NCBI GenBank assembly: GCA_045130665.1
Contig: JBGUQC010000004.1
Span: 206,089 to 270,088 of the forward strand
Length of the DNA: 64,000 nt
Origin: Christensenellales bacterium
GTDB taxonomy: Bacteria; Bacillota; Clostridia; Christensenellales; CAG-917
Direction: 5' to 3'
Under the pieces are notes generated by a model. It was given only the letters and a program-made list of their open reading frames with translations, did no database searches and was not told where the DNA came from. The position numbers and the translations under genes were made by a program. Shown in pieces: positions 37,969 through 47,066 of the stretch. Position 1 is the stretch's first letter, and each line of letters starts with the position of its first letter.

Positions 37969-39201
37969 TTATGCCTCCAATCCTAGGGTAATGTCGCCCT
38001 TTATTTTTTCTTTATCTAACTCTATGTGTTGCATCTCACCAGGAGCTACAATCATATACTTCTTTGTTAAAACAACTTCATTTCCAGAACGTACTACAAG
38101 TTTTGCATTCTTGTACTCTGCACCAACTCTAAAGTATATTCTAACCATTCCTTTTCCACCATATACCACTTGTGGTAAGGCATATCTTACACCATTAAAA
38201 GTAGATACATTGTATCTTGTTCCCTTATTATCTAACTCACCCTTTGCATATTTTGCAGCAGATGATCCGGCAATTTCAGCTTCTTCGGATACATTGTCTA
38301 CTAAATCGTGTACGTGTAGTACGTTACCACAACTAAACAAACCATCCATTGAAGTCATTCTGTATTCATCTACAATAGCACCAGATGTAATATTAGACAT
38401 CTTTACGGATGTTCCGTTTAGTAAGTCATTCTCTGGAATAAGACCAACGCTGAGCAATAATGCATCACAATCAACATACTTCTCTTCAGATAAGATTGGG
38501 TTCATCTTCTCGTCTACAGGCGCGTAATATAAGCCTGTAAGTCTTGGGAAGCCACAAACCTTTGTTATTGTATGTGAGAAATGTAGTGGGATGTTAAAGT
38601 CATTTAGACATTGTACAATATTTCTCTTTAATCCGCTTGAATATGGTTGAAGTTCCAAAACAAGCTTAACCTCAGCACCTTCTAATGTCATTCTACGCGC
38701 CATAATTAAGCCAATATCACCAGATCCAAGTATAACTACCTTCTTTCCAACGAGGTATCCGTTCATATTACATATCTTTTGCGCTGCACCTGCTGTGTAA
38801 ATTCCAGCTGGACGTGAACCAGGAAGTGCAATTGCACCTGCAGTTCTCTCTCTACAGCCCATTGCAAGCACTATAGCCTTTGCTTCAATATGTACTAATC
38901 CTTCTTTTGGAGATAATACTGTAACTGTTTTGTCTTCGCCTATGGATAAAACCATAGATTCAAGCATTACCTTTATATCTGTTTGCTCAACTTGAGTTTT
39001 GAATCTATTTGCATATTCTGGACCGGTTAATTCTTCGCCGAAGTAATGTAAACCGAAACCATTGTGGATACATTGATTCAAAATACCACCAAGCCTTACA
39101 TCTCTTTCAAGTATTACAACACTTGCGCCTTGCTTTTTTGCGCTTAATGCACTTGCCATTCCCGCAGGACCGCCGCCAATAACAACTACATCGTATTTCA
39201 T
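37969..39201 (-). CDS. FAD/NAD(P)-dependent pyridine nucleotide-disulfide oxidoreductase family protein
   Basis: VVIGGGPAGMASA plus a second Rossmann motif VVILGSGDIGL. Confidence 0.8.
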   Translation of the reverse strand: MKYDVVVIGGGPAGMASALSAKKQGASVVILERDVRLGGILNQCIHNGFGLHYFGEELTGPEYANRFKTQVEQTDIKVMLESMVLSIGEDKTVTVLSPKEGLVHIEAKAIVLAMGCRERTAGAIALPGSRPAGIYTAGAAQKICNMNGYLVGKKVVILGSGDIGLIMARRMTLEGAEVKLVLELQPYSSGLKRNIVQCLNDFNIPLHFSHTITKVCGFPRLTGLYYAPVDEKMNPILSEEKYVDCDALLLSVGLIPENDLLNGTSVKMSNITSGAIVDEYRMTSMDGLFSCGNVLHVHDLVDNVSEEAEIAGSSAAKYAKGELDNKGTRYNVSTFNGVRYALPQVVYGGKGMVRIYFRVGAEYKNAKLVVRSGNEVVLTKKYMIVAPGEMQHIELDKEKIKGDITLGLEA

Positions 39202-40628
39202 CTTAGGTCCTCCTTTATTCTTGCTAGTGCAATTTGGCTTTCTCCCATATCTTTCTTTATCTCAGGTATGGTTCTGCCTGTTTCTCTTGCGAGTATTTCA
39301 ATAACTCTTGTGCCACAGAATCCGCCTTGGCATCTTCCCATTCCAGCTCTTGTTCTACGCTTAATAGCGTCTACAGTTAATGCTGGTAATGGAGAATGTA
39401 TTGCCTCAACTATCTCGGCTTCAGTTATTTTTTCACATCTACACACGATTCTGCCCCAAGCTTCGTTTTCCTTAATAAGCTTGTTAAGCTCATCCTCGCT
39501 CAATGTAAGCAATTTCTTTTTCTTTGGAAGTTGCTTAATCTCTTTCTTGTATTCACCCTTTTCTTTTTGAAATAAAAGTTCAATTACATACTTTGCAATT
39601 GCAGGTGCTGAAGACAAACCTGGAGAGCAAATGCCTAGAATACCAATGTAATTAGGCACTTTTTCAGAGAATGAAATGATGAAATCATGGCCAACTAACG
39701 TTCTAACTCCAGCGTATGTTCTAATAATCTTTCTAAAGTTAGGACAATCATATGTTAAAGGAACATTGCGTCTAATTTCATTTAGTCCATCTAATGTTGT
39801 TGCAGTGTCTCCCATGGTTGTTTCAATGGATGTTGGTCCATAAATAACATTACCATCTGCTGTAGGTGCAACTAATATTCCTTTTCCTTTTTCTGTTGGC
39901 AATGGGAATATAACTGTATGTACTTGTTTGCCTTCGGTACTATCTAATACGAAGTAATCTCCACGTCTAAATGTTGTTTCGTAGTGCTCTGCGCCTGCTA
40001 AATCGTTTATAATGCTTGCACCTGCACCAGCACAATTAATAACATATCTACTTTCATAAGTGCCTGTAGCAGTCTTTACAGTCCATTTATTATCTTTATA
40101 AGATAAAGACTTAACATCTGCCTCAAGCACAACCTTAGCGCCATTTATAATGGCTCTATCTGTTGCGGCAATTGTTAACTTATATGGAGAAACAATACCT
40201 GCCTCTGGAGCATATAATGAATATTCAATGTCTTTTGAAATGTTTGGCTCTATCTTTAATGTTTGCTCTCTATCTAAGATCTCAACCTTAACGCCATTTG
40301 CTATACCTTTGTCATATAGAACTTTAATGCCGTTATATCCTTCCTTTGGAGAGACAACAATTGAACCACATTTCTTTGCAGGAACGTGTAATTCTTCAAC
40401 TAATCCCCACATTAAGGCATTACCCTTGACATTGAATTTTGCTTTGTTAGTACCTGGTTCACAGTCATAGCCAGCATGAACAATACCGCTATTTGCACGA
40501 GATGCACCAGATGCTACATCATTTTCTTTTTCTAGTAAAATTGGCTTCAAAGATGTTTTTGCTAGTTCATCAAGAACTAATGCGCCTACAACTCCTCCGC
40601 CAATAACTAAGCAATCATATAATTCCAT
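39198..40628 (-). CDS. FAD-dependent oxidoreductase (GlpA/glycerol-3-phosphate dehydrogenase-like) with BFD-like [2Fe-2S] domain
   Basis: LVIGGGVVG; C-terminal CRCEKITEAEI...GMGRCQGGFC. Confidence 0.8.
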   Translation of the reverse strand: MELYDCLVIGGGVVGALVLDELAKTSLKPILLEKENDVASGASRANSGIVHAGYDCEPGTNKAKFNVKGNALMWGLVEELHVPAKKCGSIVVSPKEGYNGIKVLYDKGIANGVKVEILDREQTLKIEPNISKDIEYSLYAPEAGIVSPYKLTIAATDRAIINGAKVVLEADVKSLSYKDNKWTVKTATGTYESRYVINCAGAGASIINDLAGAEHYETTFRRGDYFVLDSTEGKQVHTVIFPLPTEKGKGILVAPTADGNVIYGPTSIETTMGDTATTLDGLNEIRRNVPLTYDCPNFRKIIRTYAGVRTLVGHDFIISFSEKVPNYIGILGICSPGLSSAPAIAKYVIELLFQKEKGEYKKEIKQLPKKKKLLTLSEDELNKLIKENEAWGRIVCRCEKITEAEIVEAIHSPLPALTVDAIKRRTRAGMGRCQGGFCGTRVIEILARETGRTIPEIKKDMGESQIALARIKEDLR

Positions 40629-40630
40629 AA

Positions 40631-41221
40631 TTATTTTTTACTTGACTTTGGAAACTTTACTTCTTTTACTACTTCTTTTGGTTGTCCATTCTCATCAAAT
40701 CTCTTTTTGTATTCTTCGAGATTGTCCTTGATGATTAATTCTGCAAACTCTCTATTCATGATCTTGAATACTGTTGTTTGCTTGCCTTCTAATTGCTTAT
40801 AAACTCTGAAGAAGTGAGACATTTCATCTGCAATGTGTGGTGGTAATTCAGAAATATCCTTATAGATATTCCATGTTGGGTCATTGAATGGTATAGCTAT
40901 AATCTTATAGTCCATATCTCCACCATCTTGCATTACCATAACGCCAATTGGATAGCAACGAACAAGTGCCATACTCTCAATTGGTATAGTACATAGTACT
41001 AAAACGTCTAGTGGGTCTTTATCATCAGCATATGTTCTTGGAATAAATCCATAGTTTGCTGGATAATGGGTAGATGTGTATAAAACTCTATCCAAAATAA
41101 TAAGACCTGTCTCTTTGTCTAATTCATATTTGTTTTGGCTACCCTTTGGAATTTCAATAACTGCTACGAAATCATTAGGTTTTACTCTTTCTGGGTTAAT
41201 TTGATGCCAAATAACGCTCAT
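40631..41221 (-). CDS. ppa: Inorganic pyrophosphatase, family I, with basic C-terminal extension
   Basis: YPANYGFIP, DKDPLDVLVL, DYKIIA motifs. Confidence 0.9.
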   Translation of the reverse strand: MSVIWHQINPERVKPNDFVAVIEIPKGSQNKYELDKETGLIILDRVLYTSTHYPANYGFIPRTYADDKDPLDVLVLCTIPIESMALVRCYPIGVMVMQDGGDMDYKIIAIPFNDPTWNIYKDISELPPHIADEMSHFFRVYKQLEGKQTTVFKIMNREFAELIIKDNLEEYKKRFDENGQPKEVVKEVKFPKSSKK

Positions 41222-41247
41222 ATCTATATCTCCTTAAATTTAACTTT

Positions 41248-42585
41248 CTATTTGTAAATTTGCATGAAGTACTTAAAGAACTTAACACCGCCAAGTATTG
41301 AACTAATGTTAATATTCTCATTTGCTGCATGCATTGTATTCATTTGCTCCATTGTTAAGAAACATGGTGCACATCTATATGCATTGTCACATAACTCTTG
41401 CATTACTCTACAATCTGTACCACCTGTCATAATATATGGAACAATTGCAATTCCTGGGAATACTGCCTCAAGTGAGTCTGTGAACATCTTGAATTCTTCT
41501 GTTGTTGTATCAATAGGATTACATGCATTTCTGCAATCAATTGTATATTCACATTCACAATCAAACTTCTTTGCAATCTTTTCAAGTTTTGCCTTAACAT
41601 CATCCATTCTGTCATAAGGCATTAATCTTAAGTTAGCAAGAACATATGCTTCTTGTGGAATAACGTTTGGTGCAACAGATCCTTGAGACATAGTAAATAC
41701 TATGGTTGTTCTTGTCATTGCATCTAACTTGTAGTTAATCTTGCCAGCAAAATGCTTTAAGAAGAACTTAGATAACCATGTTTGGTTTAATAGTCCCTTA
41801 TATGGGTTCTTCATAGCAGATGCAGCACCTTTTAGCATTACTGTTGTAAGTGGTAGTGCCTTTACCTTGAAAAGTTTATGAGACATGCAGTAATTAACAA
41901 GTTTGCTAAGTCTTTCAATTGGAGTATTCTTTGGAGGTGTAGATGAATGTCCTCCGTCGGATTTAGCTACGAACTTAACATCCATATATCCCTTTTCAAG
42001 GCAACCAATCATTGCACAGTTTCTATCCATGAACTTTGGAATTAATGGCTCAACTAAAGAACCACCTTCATCTAATACCATATTTGGCTTAACATTGTGT
42101 TCTTCAAACCACTTCTTTGCAGCTGCAACACCATATCCAAATCTTTCTTCACTATCTGAATAAGAGAAATAGATATCTTGTTCTGGAACAAAACCATCCT
42201 CAAGTAGTTCTTCTGCTGCTCTCATAGTAATATAAACGCAGTTTTTATCATCCATACTGCCACGGCCCCAGATTTTTCCATCATGGATATTTCCACTGAA
42301 TGGTGGCTCATCCCAGTCTTCTTCAACGACTGGAACTACATCTTGGTGTGCCATTAAAACAACTGGTTTGTCAGATGATTTACCTTTTAATCTAAATAAA
42401 AGTGCATCTTCTTCTAATTGGAATAGTTCGCACTTTTCCCAGAAAAGTGGGCAGTTTGCCTTCATAACTTCTCTTAGTTTTGCAAAAGGCTCTCTTCCAT
42501 TTCTTGTAATAGTTGGACATTGAATCATTTTTGAGAATTGCTCAGCATAGAACATCTCGTCTTTTTTTAAATTAATTTCTAACAT
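41248..42585 (-). CDS. M20 family metallopeptidase
   Basis: MAHQDVVP, GRGSMDDK, LDEGG motifs. Confidence 0.8.
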   Translation of the reverse strand: MLEINLKKDEMFYAEQFSKMIQCPTITRNGREPFAKLREVMKANCPLFWEKCELFQLEEDALLFRLKGKSSDKPVVLMAHQDVVPVVEEDWDEPPFSGNIHDGKIWGRGSMDDKNCVYITMRAAEELLEDGFVPEQDIYFSYSDSEERFGYGVAAAKKWFEEHNVKPNMVLDEGGSLVEPLIPKFMDRNCAMIGCLEKGYMDVKFVAKSDGGHSSTPPKNTPIERLSKLVNYCMSHKLFKVKALPLTTVMLKGAASAMKNPYKGLLNQTWLSKFFLKHFAGKINYKLDAMTRTTIVFTMSQGSVAPNVIPQEAYVLANLRLMPYDRMDDVKAKLEKIAKKFDCECEYTIDCRNACNPIDTTTEEFKMFTDSLEAVFPGIAIVPYIMTGGTDCRVMQELCDNAYRCAPCFLTMEQMNTMHAANENINISSILGGVKFFKYFMQIYK

Positions 42586-42682
42586 AAAATACTCCGCATA
42601 ATTAAGTTATATCTAAAATAAAAGTTTATCATAGCGCATAAATAGTGTCAATGTGGACCACCAAAAATTAGGGCCAAAACTC

Positions 42683-42711
42683 TTGCTAAAATCATAATAT
42701 TTTGCTAATAT
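42683..42711 (+). promoter_or_regulatory. Promoter TTGCTA-17-TAATAT for tRNA-Leu(CAA)
   Basis: Read directly, 10 nt upstream of the tRNA 5' end. Confidence 0.45.
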
Positions 42712-42721
42712 TATTTCACAT

Positions 42722-42809
42722 GCCGGCGTGGTGGAATTGGCAGACGCGCTGGACTCAAAATCCTGTGGGCTCAAAACCCGTGTCGGTTCGAGTCCGACCG
42801 CCGGCACCA
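42722..42809 (+). tRNA. tRNA-Leu (anticodon CAA), encoded CCA
   Basis: Acceptor GCCGGCG/CGCCGGC, loop CTCAAAA, long variable arm, T-arm GTTCGAGTC, discriminator A. There is one U-U mismatch in the anticodon stem. Confidence 0.88.
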
Positions 42810-42822
42810 AGTCAATAAGATT

Positions 42823-42849
42823 TCTCCCAGTAACATGGGAGATTTTTTT
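42823..42849 (+). terminator. Terminator after tRNA-Leu(CAA)
   Basis: TCTCCCAgtaacaTGGGAGA + TTTTTTT. Confidence 0.75.
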
Positions 42850-42935
42850 ATATTTTACCGCGTAATATAACATATTTGTTATTGACTAATTATGCTAAAA
42901 ATGCTATAATATTAAAAAATAGTAAGGAGCATATT

Positions 42936-43415
42936 ATGTTTGTTAAAATCACTTCACTAGCAACTTTACCAGGATATATTCTCTTGGTTGGCTTTTCCAC
43001 TGGCGAATATAAAAAATTTGATGTATCACCTCTGATTGAAAAATATCCTCCATTTAAAGCTCTAAGAAATACTAGAGGATTATTTGAAAATGCAAAGATT
43101 GATATAGGCGGATATGGTGTTATTTGGAATGATGATTTAGATCTATCTGCAGATGGTTTATATGAAAAAGGTGTTCCATGCGAACCAATTGATAGTATTG
43201 AAGATTATAGAAAGAGATTTTTAGAAGAACTCATAAAAGCACGCAAAAAATATGGCGTATCACAAAAACAATTAGAAATATTAACTGGTATTGCACAACC
43301 ATCTATTGCTCGTACAGAGCAAGGAATAACAGATCCAAGTTTATCAACACTTTTAAAAATGCTAGAACCTCTAGGATTAACAGTATCAATAACTCCTTTA
43401 CCTATACATGCATAA
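42936..43415 (+). CDS. DUF2442-like domain fused to a C-terminal XRE-type HTH
   Basis: N-terminal half VKITSLATLPGYILLVGFSTGEYKKFD..DIGGYGVIWNDDLDLSAD; C-terminal half GVSQKQLEILTGIAQPSIARTEQG. ATG 42936 with SD AAGGAG; the track start 42876 is TTG. Confidence 0.65.
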   Translation: MFVKITSLATLPGYILLVGFSTGEYKKFDVSPLIEKYPPFKALRNTRGLFENAKIDIGGYGVIWNDDLDLSADGLYEKGVPCEPIDSIEDYRKRFLEELIKARKKYGVSQKQLEILTGIAQPSIARTEQGITDPSLSTLLKMLEPLGLTVSITPLPIHA

Positions 43416-43444
43416 AAAAATCCCCCAAATCGGGGGACTTTTTA
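43414..43444. terminator. Bidirectional terminator
   Basis: aaaaaaaTCCCCCaaatcGGGGGActtttt, between convergent genes. Confidence 0.75.
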
Positions 43445-44353
43445 TTATAAGTTAATGTTGATAATTATTGGAAAATGGTCACTTGGATATACTCCATCAT
43501 ATAACTTATCCACTACATGATAATCATTAACGTGTATGCTTGGATTAATGAAAAAATAGTCTATTCTTCTATGATTTAACTTCTTGCCATATGCTTGGTA
43601 TGTTGCCCCTGTTCCAATATAGAATGTGTCTGCTACTTTAAATGAATCTACATATCCGTGGTTAACGGCATATTTGTACATGATAGAATCATCCCAGTCA
43701 TTCATGTCTCCAAGTAAAATTGGGTTAACTAATTCTAAAGAATTAACTTGATTAATTAAGACTCTGATGCCCTCTTCTCTTGCCTTGTCACTTGCGTTGT
43801 CTAAATGCGTGTCTATTATAGATACATACTTGTTTGTTTTCTTGTCTAAAAGTTTTGCATATGCTGCAACTCTATATGAAGCACTGCCCCAGTCTTTGCT
43901 CATCTTTTCAGGTGTTTCAGAAACCCAGAACATACCCTCTTTTTCAGCGGTAAATCTGTCTTTTCTGTAAGCAAGCAACATTCCCTCTTTTGGATCTAAC
44001 TTTGTTCTGTATGCAACGATGAATTCATATCCATCTAAATGCTCTCTTAAATACTTTTCATGTATTGGTTGAACTTCTTGAAATCCTATAACATCTGGTT
44101 GCTCTTGCTTAACATTGTTAACAACTAATGGAGCTCTGTAAAACCAACTCTTTTTAAAGAAATCATCATGGGCAAAATATCTAATATTAAAACTCATAAC
44201 TGTAACATCTTCTTTTATCTCTTTTTTAGAAATATCAAAGACATCTTTATTCGTAGAATAAGGTGCTGCATAAAAACAATATAATACAGTAAGAATAATG
44301 CCTAAAAGTAATACTGCTCCAACTACAATACAAGTAATTTTAATAGCTTTCAT
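43445..44353 (-). CDS. Endonuclease/exonuclease/phosphatase (EEP) family protein, N-terminal membrane anchor
   Basis: TM at aa 5-28; FNIRY, GFQEV, LLGDMND, PSDHFPI motifs. Confidence 0.8.
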   Translation of the reverse strand: MKAIKITCIVVGAVLLLGIILTVLYCFYAAPYSTNKDVFDISKKEIKEDVTVMSFNIRYFAHDDFFKKSWFYRAPLVVNNVKQEQPDVIGFQEVQPIHEKYLREHLDGYEFIVAYRTKLDPKEGMLLAYRKDRFTAEKEGMFWVSETPEKMSKDWGSASYRVAAYAKLLDKKTNKYVSIIDTHLDNASDKAREEGIRVLINQVNSLELVNPILLGDMNDWDDSIMYKYAVNHGYVDSFKVADTFYIGTGATYQAYGKKLNHRRIDYFFINPSIHVNDYHVVDKLYDGVYPSDHFPIIININL

Positions 44354-44364
44354 AATCCCCTCTA

Positions 44365-45975
44365 TTAAATCGTATGTGTCTCGTTAACGTGATGTAAACT
44401 ATTTGTAAAGGATATGGTTGTTGTATCTCCTACGAACTCAATTGCAGTTCCAGTGAACTCATATCCAAATAATGTTTCGTATTTACTGTTAATATCGTTT
44501 CTTAATGAACCCAAGATTACTGGGAAATTAGCTTCATTCATTCCAACCATTTCGCTTCCCTCTGGAGCTTTAGTGTTTGGTTCAAAATAGATGGTTTTGT
44601 GTGAATGTCCTGAAATCATAAACTCAATATCCATTTTGTTTAATGTTTCTAACATTTTTCTTGCAGGCTCACCACCATATCTTTTAACTGCAACTGGGAA
44701 TGCAACATGACAAACAACTACCTTATGTTTTATGCTTGGATCATTAAGTTCTCCACTTAAATATAAGTCATTAAGCCATTTGGCTTGTTCTTCTCTGTAT
44801 GTTACATAATCTCCAACATCTTTTTGGACACTATTAGCATCTTTTTCAAGATTACCCATGTCTAAAACAATGAATGCATACTCTCCAACCTTTACTGTGT
44901 AATAGAATGTATTATCTCTGGATGCATACCACTTTGGAAGTTGAACAACTTCAGAACCGCCTGCCTCATGATTTCCTCTGCTAAGGATTACTGGTATAGA
45001 ACCATTGGTAATATTACCAACCATTCTATACATATTCTTAATTTGCCAGTCTTCAGAAACATCGTTAACATGGTCTCCATTTGCTATAAGCAAATCTAGC
45101 TTATCTCCATAGTAAGATGCAGCTCTTTGCGGACCAGTTCTATATAGATGGTTATCACTTAGATTGTAAATTTGGAAACCATCTTCAAAATTAATAGGTC
45201 TAAAAGTATATGATTTAGAAATAGTAGATGTTCTAATTGGGTAATATGCTCTGTTATGAGATACACCATAAGATACAACCTTATACTCTTTGTATGTGTC
45301 TAATATATCTCTTGGTACCGTTACTTTATGCAATGTGGAACAATTCAGTGCTCCTGCATATGAATCATGATATGTTAAATCGCCTATCTCTACATATCCA
45401 GCTGTAGTTGTGGATGTAGACCAACAAATTTGGTAATCATCCTCTACCATATAAACAGATGCTTTTGTATCAAAGAAAACTGGTTGTAGATTAAATACAC
45501 CAAATACAAATATTGAACTTACTGCAAAGGCAACTATTATAAGCAATGTATATTTTGTTTTTGTGTCAAACTTCTCTCGTCTTATAAATACAATAAGAGC
45601 AATTATTGTTAGGAATGCTAGTATGTAAGGAGAAGACTCTATTGTAAAGTAAGCAAGCTTAGATAAATATGCTGCAAGTAAACAGAATAATAAAACATCA
45701 AAAATAATACTAAGTACAACGCTTACTATCTCAACAATAGTATTTCTAAAGAATATTCTGTTAATTGTGAACACTATAAATGGGATAAATACTAATGTTG
45801 CAAACAATGGTGGAATATAATCTGCCGTATAATACATTGGATAATATAACGTCTTCCACAAACTGAAAAAGAATATAATTGGGACAAGCGTTAAAACTAA
45901 GGATATAATCCATAGTTTATGCCTATTTATGAAGGTCATAAATACCTTGAGCTTATCCATAATTAATTCTTTCAT
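44365..45975 (-). CDS. Polytopic membrane protein with extracytoplasmic purple-acid-phosphatase-like metallophosphoesterase domain
   Basis: About 6 TM; then ICWSTSTTTAGYVEIGD (PAP N-terminal-like), GDHVND, RGNHE, GHSHK. Start uncertain (TTG 46017, ATG 45975 or 45960). Confidence 0.7.
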   Translation of the reverse strand: MKELIMDKLKVFMTFINRHKLWIISLVLTLVPIIFFFSLWKTLYYPMYYTADYIPPLFATLVFIPFIVFTINRIFFRNTIVEIVSVVLSIIFDVLLFCLLAAYLSKLAYFTIESSPYILAFLTIIALIVFIRREKFDTKTKYTLLIIVAFAVSSIFVFGVFNLQPVFFDTKASVYMVEDDYQICWSTSTTTAGYVEIGDLTYHDSYAGALNCSTLHKVTVPRDILDTYKEYKVVSYGVSHNRAYYPIRTSTISKSYTFRPINFEDGFQIYNLSDNHLYRTGPQRAASYYGDKLDLLIANGDHVNDVSEDWQIKNMYRMVGNITNGSIPVILSRGNHEAGGSEVVQLPKWYASRDNTFYYTVKVGEYAFIVLDMGNLEKDANSVQKDVGDYVTYREEQAKWLNDLYLSGELNDPSIKHKVVVCHVAFPVAVKRYGGEPARKMLETLNKMDIEFMISGHSHKTIYFEPNTKAPEGSEMVGMNEANFPVILGSLRNDINSKYETLFGYEFTGTAIEFVGDTTTISFTNSLHHVNETHTI

Positions 45976-46100
45976 GGTAATAATATAAATTATTAAGGTA
46001 TGCAAGTCAATATGCAAATTATAATTTGTTTAACTATATTCGTTGACTATCTCGCTCTCGGTTTTTTATAATTTTATTATTAAAAAAGGAGATATATTCT

Positions 46101-46472
46101 ATGAAAACAGCATCAAAAGTTATGTATACAATAGGTAGAATATTTAATATTCTCGCCATCATCGCATGTGTCATTATTTTAATCTTCGGTATTGTTGCTA
46201 TGGTCGCACCAGGAAAACTTGCTGAAGCATCACAAGATTTTGATACACCAGAAGAATTAAAGGCAATGGGTATGACAATGGTTATTACAGGCGCAGTACT
46301 CTTTGTAGTTTATGTTATTATTTGCGCACTCGCAGGACATGCAAGAAAAGCACTAAATAACAGTAAAACAGAAAATGCACCACATATCATCATGATCATC
46401 GTTGGTATCTTCGGAGATATTTTCTATCTCTTAGGCGGTATTTTCGGACTCATTGGCGAACATACAAAATAA
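46101..46472 (+). CDS. Small 4-TM membrane protein
   Basis: 123 aa; SD AAGGAG. Confidence 0.5.
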   Translation: MKTASKVMYTIGRIFNILAIIACVIILIFGIVAMVAPGKLAEASQDFDTPEELKAMGMTMVITGAVLFVVYVIICALAGHARKALNNSKTENAPHIIMIIVGIFGDIFYLLGGIFGLIGEHTK

Positions 46473-46484
46473 TTGAGGTAAATT

Positions 46485-46997
46485 ATGAATTTTGAAACTC
46501 TCTGTAAAGAAAGATATTCTGTTAGAAAGTTTTCTAATAAACCTATACCAGATGATCTTCTTAATAAAGTGTTAGAAGTTGGCAACACTGCCCCTTCTGC
46601 AAAAAACCAAAATCCAGTAAGATTAATTATCTGCAAATCTGAAGATGCCTTAGATAAGGCAAAGAATTGCTCACCATGTATTTATGGTGCACCAGCAGTT
46701 ATCATCATTTGCATAGATAAAAACGTTTGCTGGAATTCACCAGATGGTGAAAGATCTAGTGATGCAATAGATGCAACATTGGTTGGTTCTCAATTAATGC
46801 TTTCAGCAACCGAACAAGGACTTGGAACATGTTTTGTTCTTCTCTTTGATCCAGATAAAACAAAGGCATTATTTGATCTTCCAGAGAACATTAAACCAAT
46901 ATTCTTCTTACCTATTGGTTACGCAGATGAAACTTGCACACCAAACGAGAGACATTTCATAAGAAATAACGTAAAAGATATTACCACTATTTTGTAA
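46485..46997 (+). CDS. Nitroreductase family protein
   Basis: RYSVRKF..., APSAKNQNP, 170 aa. Confidence 0.8.
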   Translation: MNFETLCKERYSVRKFSNKPIPDDLLNKVLEVGNTAPSAKNQNPVRLIICKSEDALDKAKNCSPCIYGAPAVIIICIDKNVCWNSPDGERSSDAIDATLVGSQLMLSATEQGLGTCFVLLFDPDKTKALFDLPENIKPIFFLPIGYADETCTPNERHFIRNNVKDITTIL

Positions 46998-47016
46998 AAT
47001 TATTTATAAAATAAAT

Positions 47017-47053
47017 AAAAAAAAGCGGCAGACCTTTCAGTCTGCCACTTTTT
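47017..47053. terminator. Bidirectional terminator
   Basis: aaaaaaaaGCGGCAGACctttcaGTCTGCCACttttt. Confidence 0.7.
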
Positions 47054-47066
47054 ATAAGGGGGGAAA

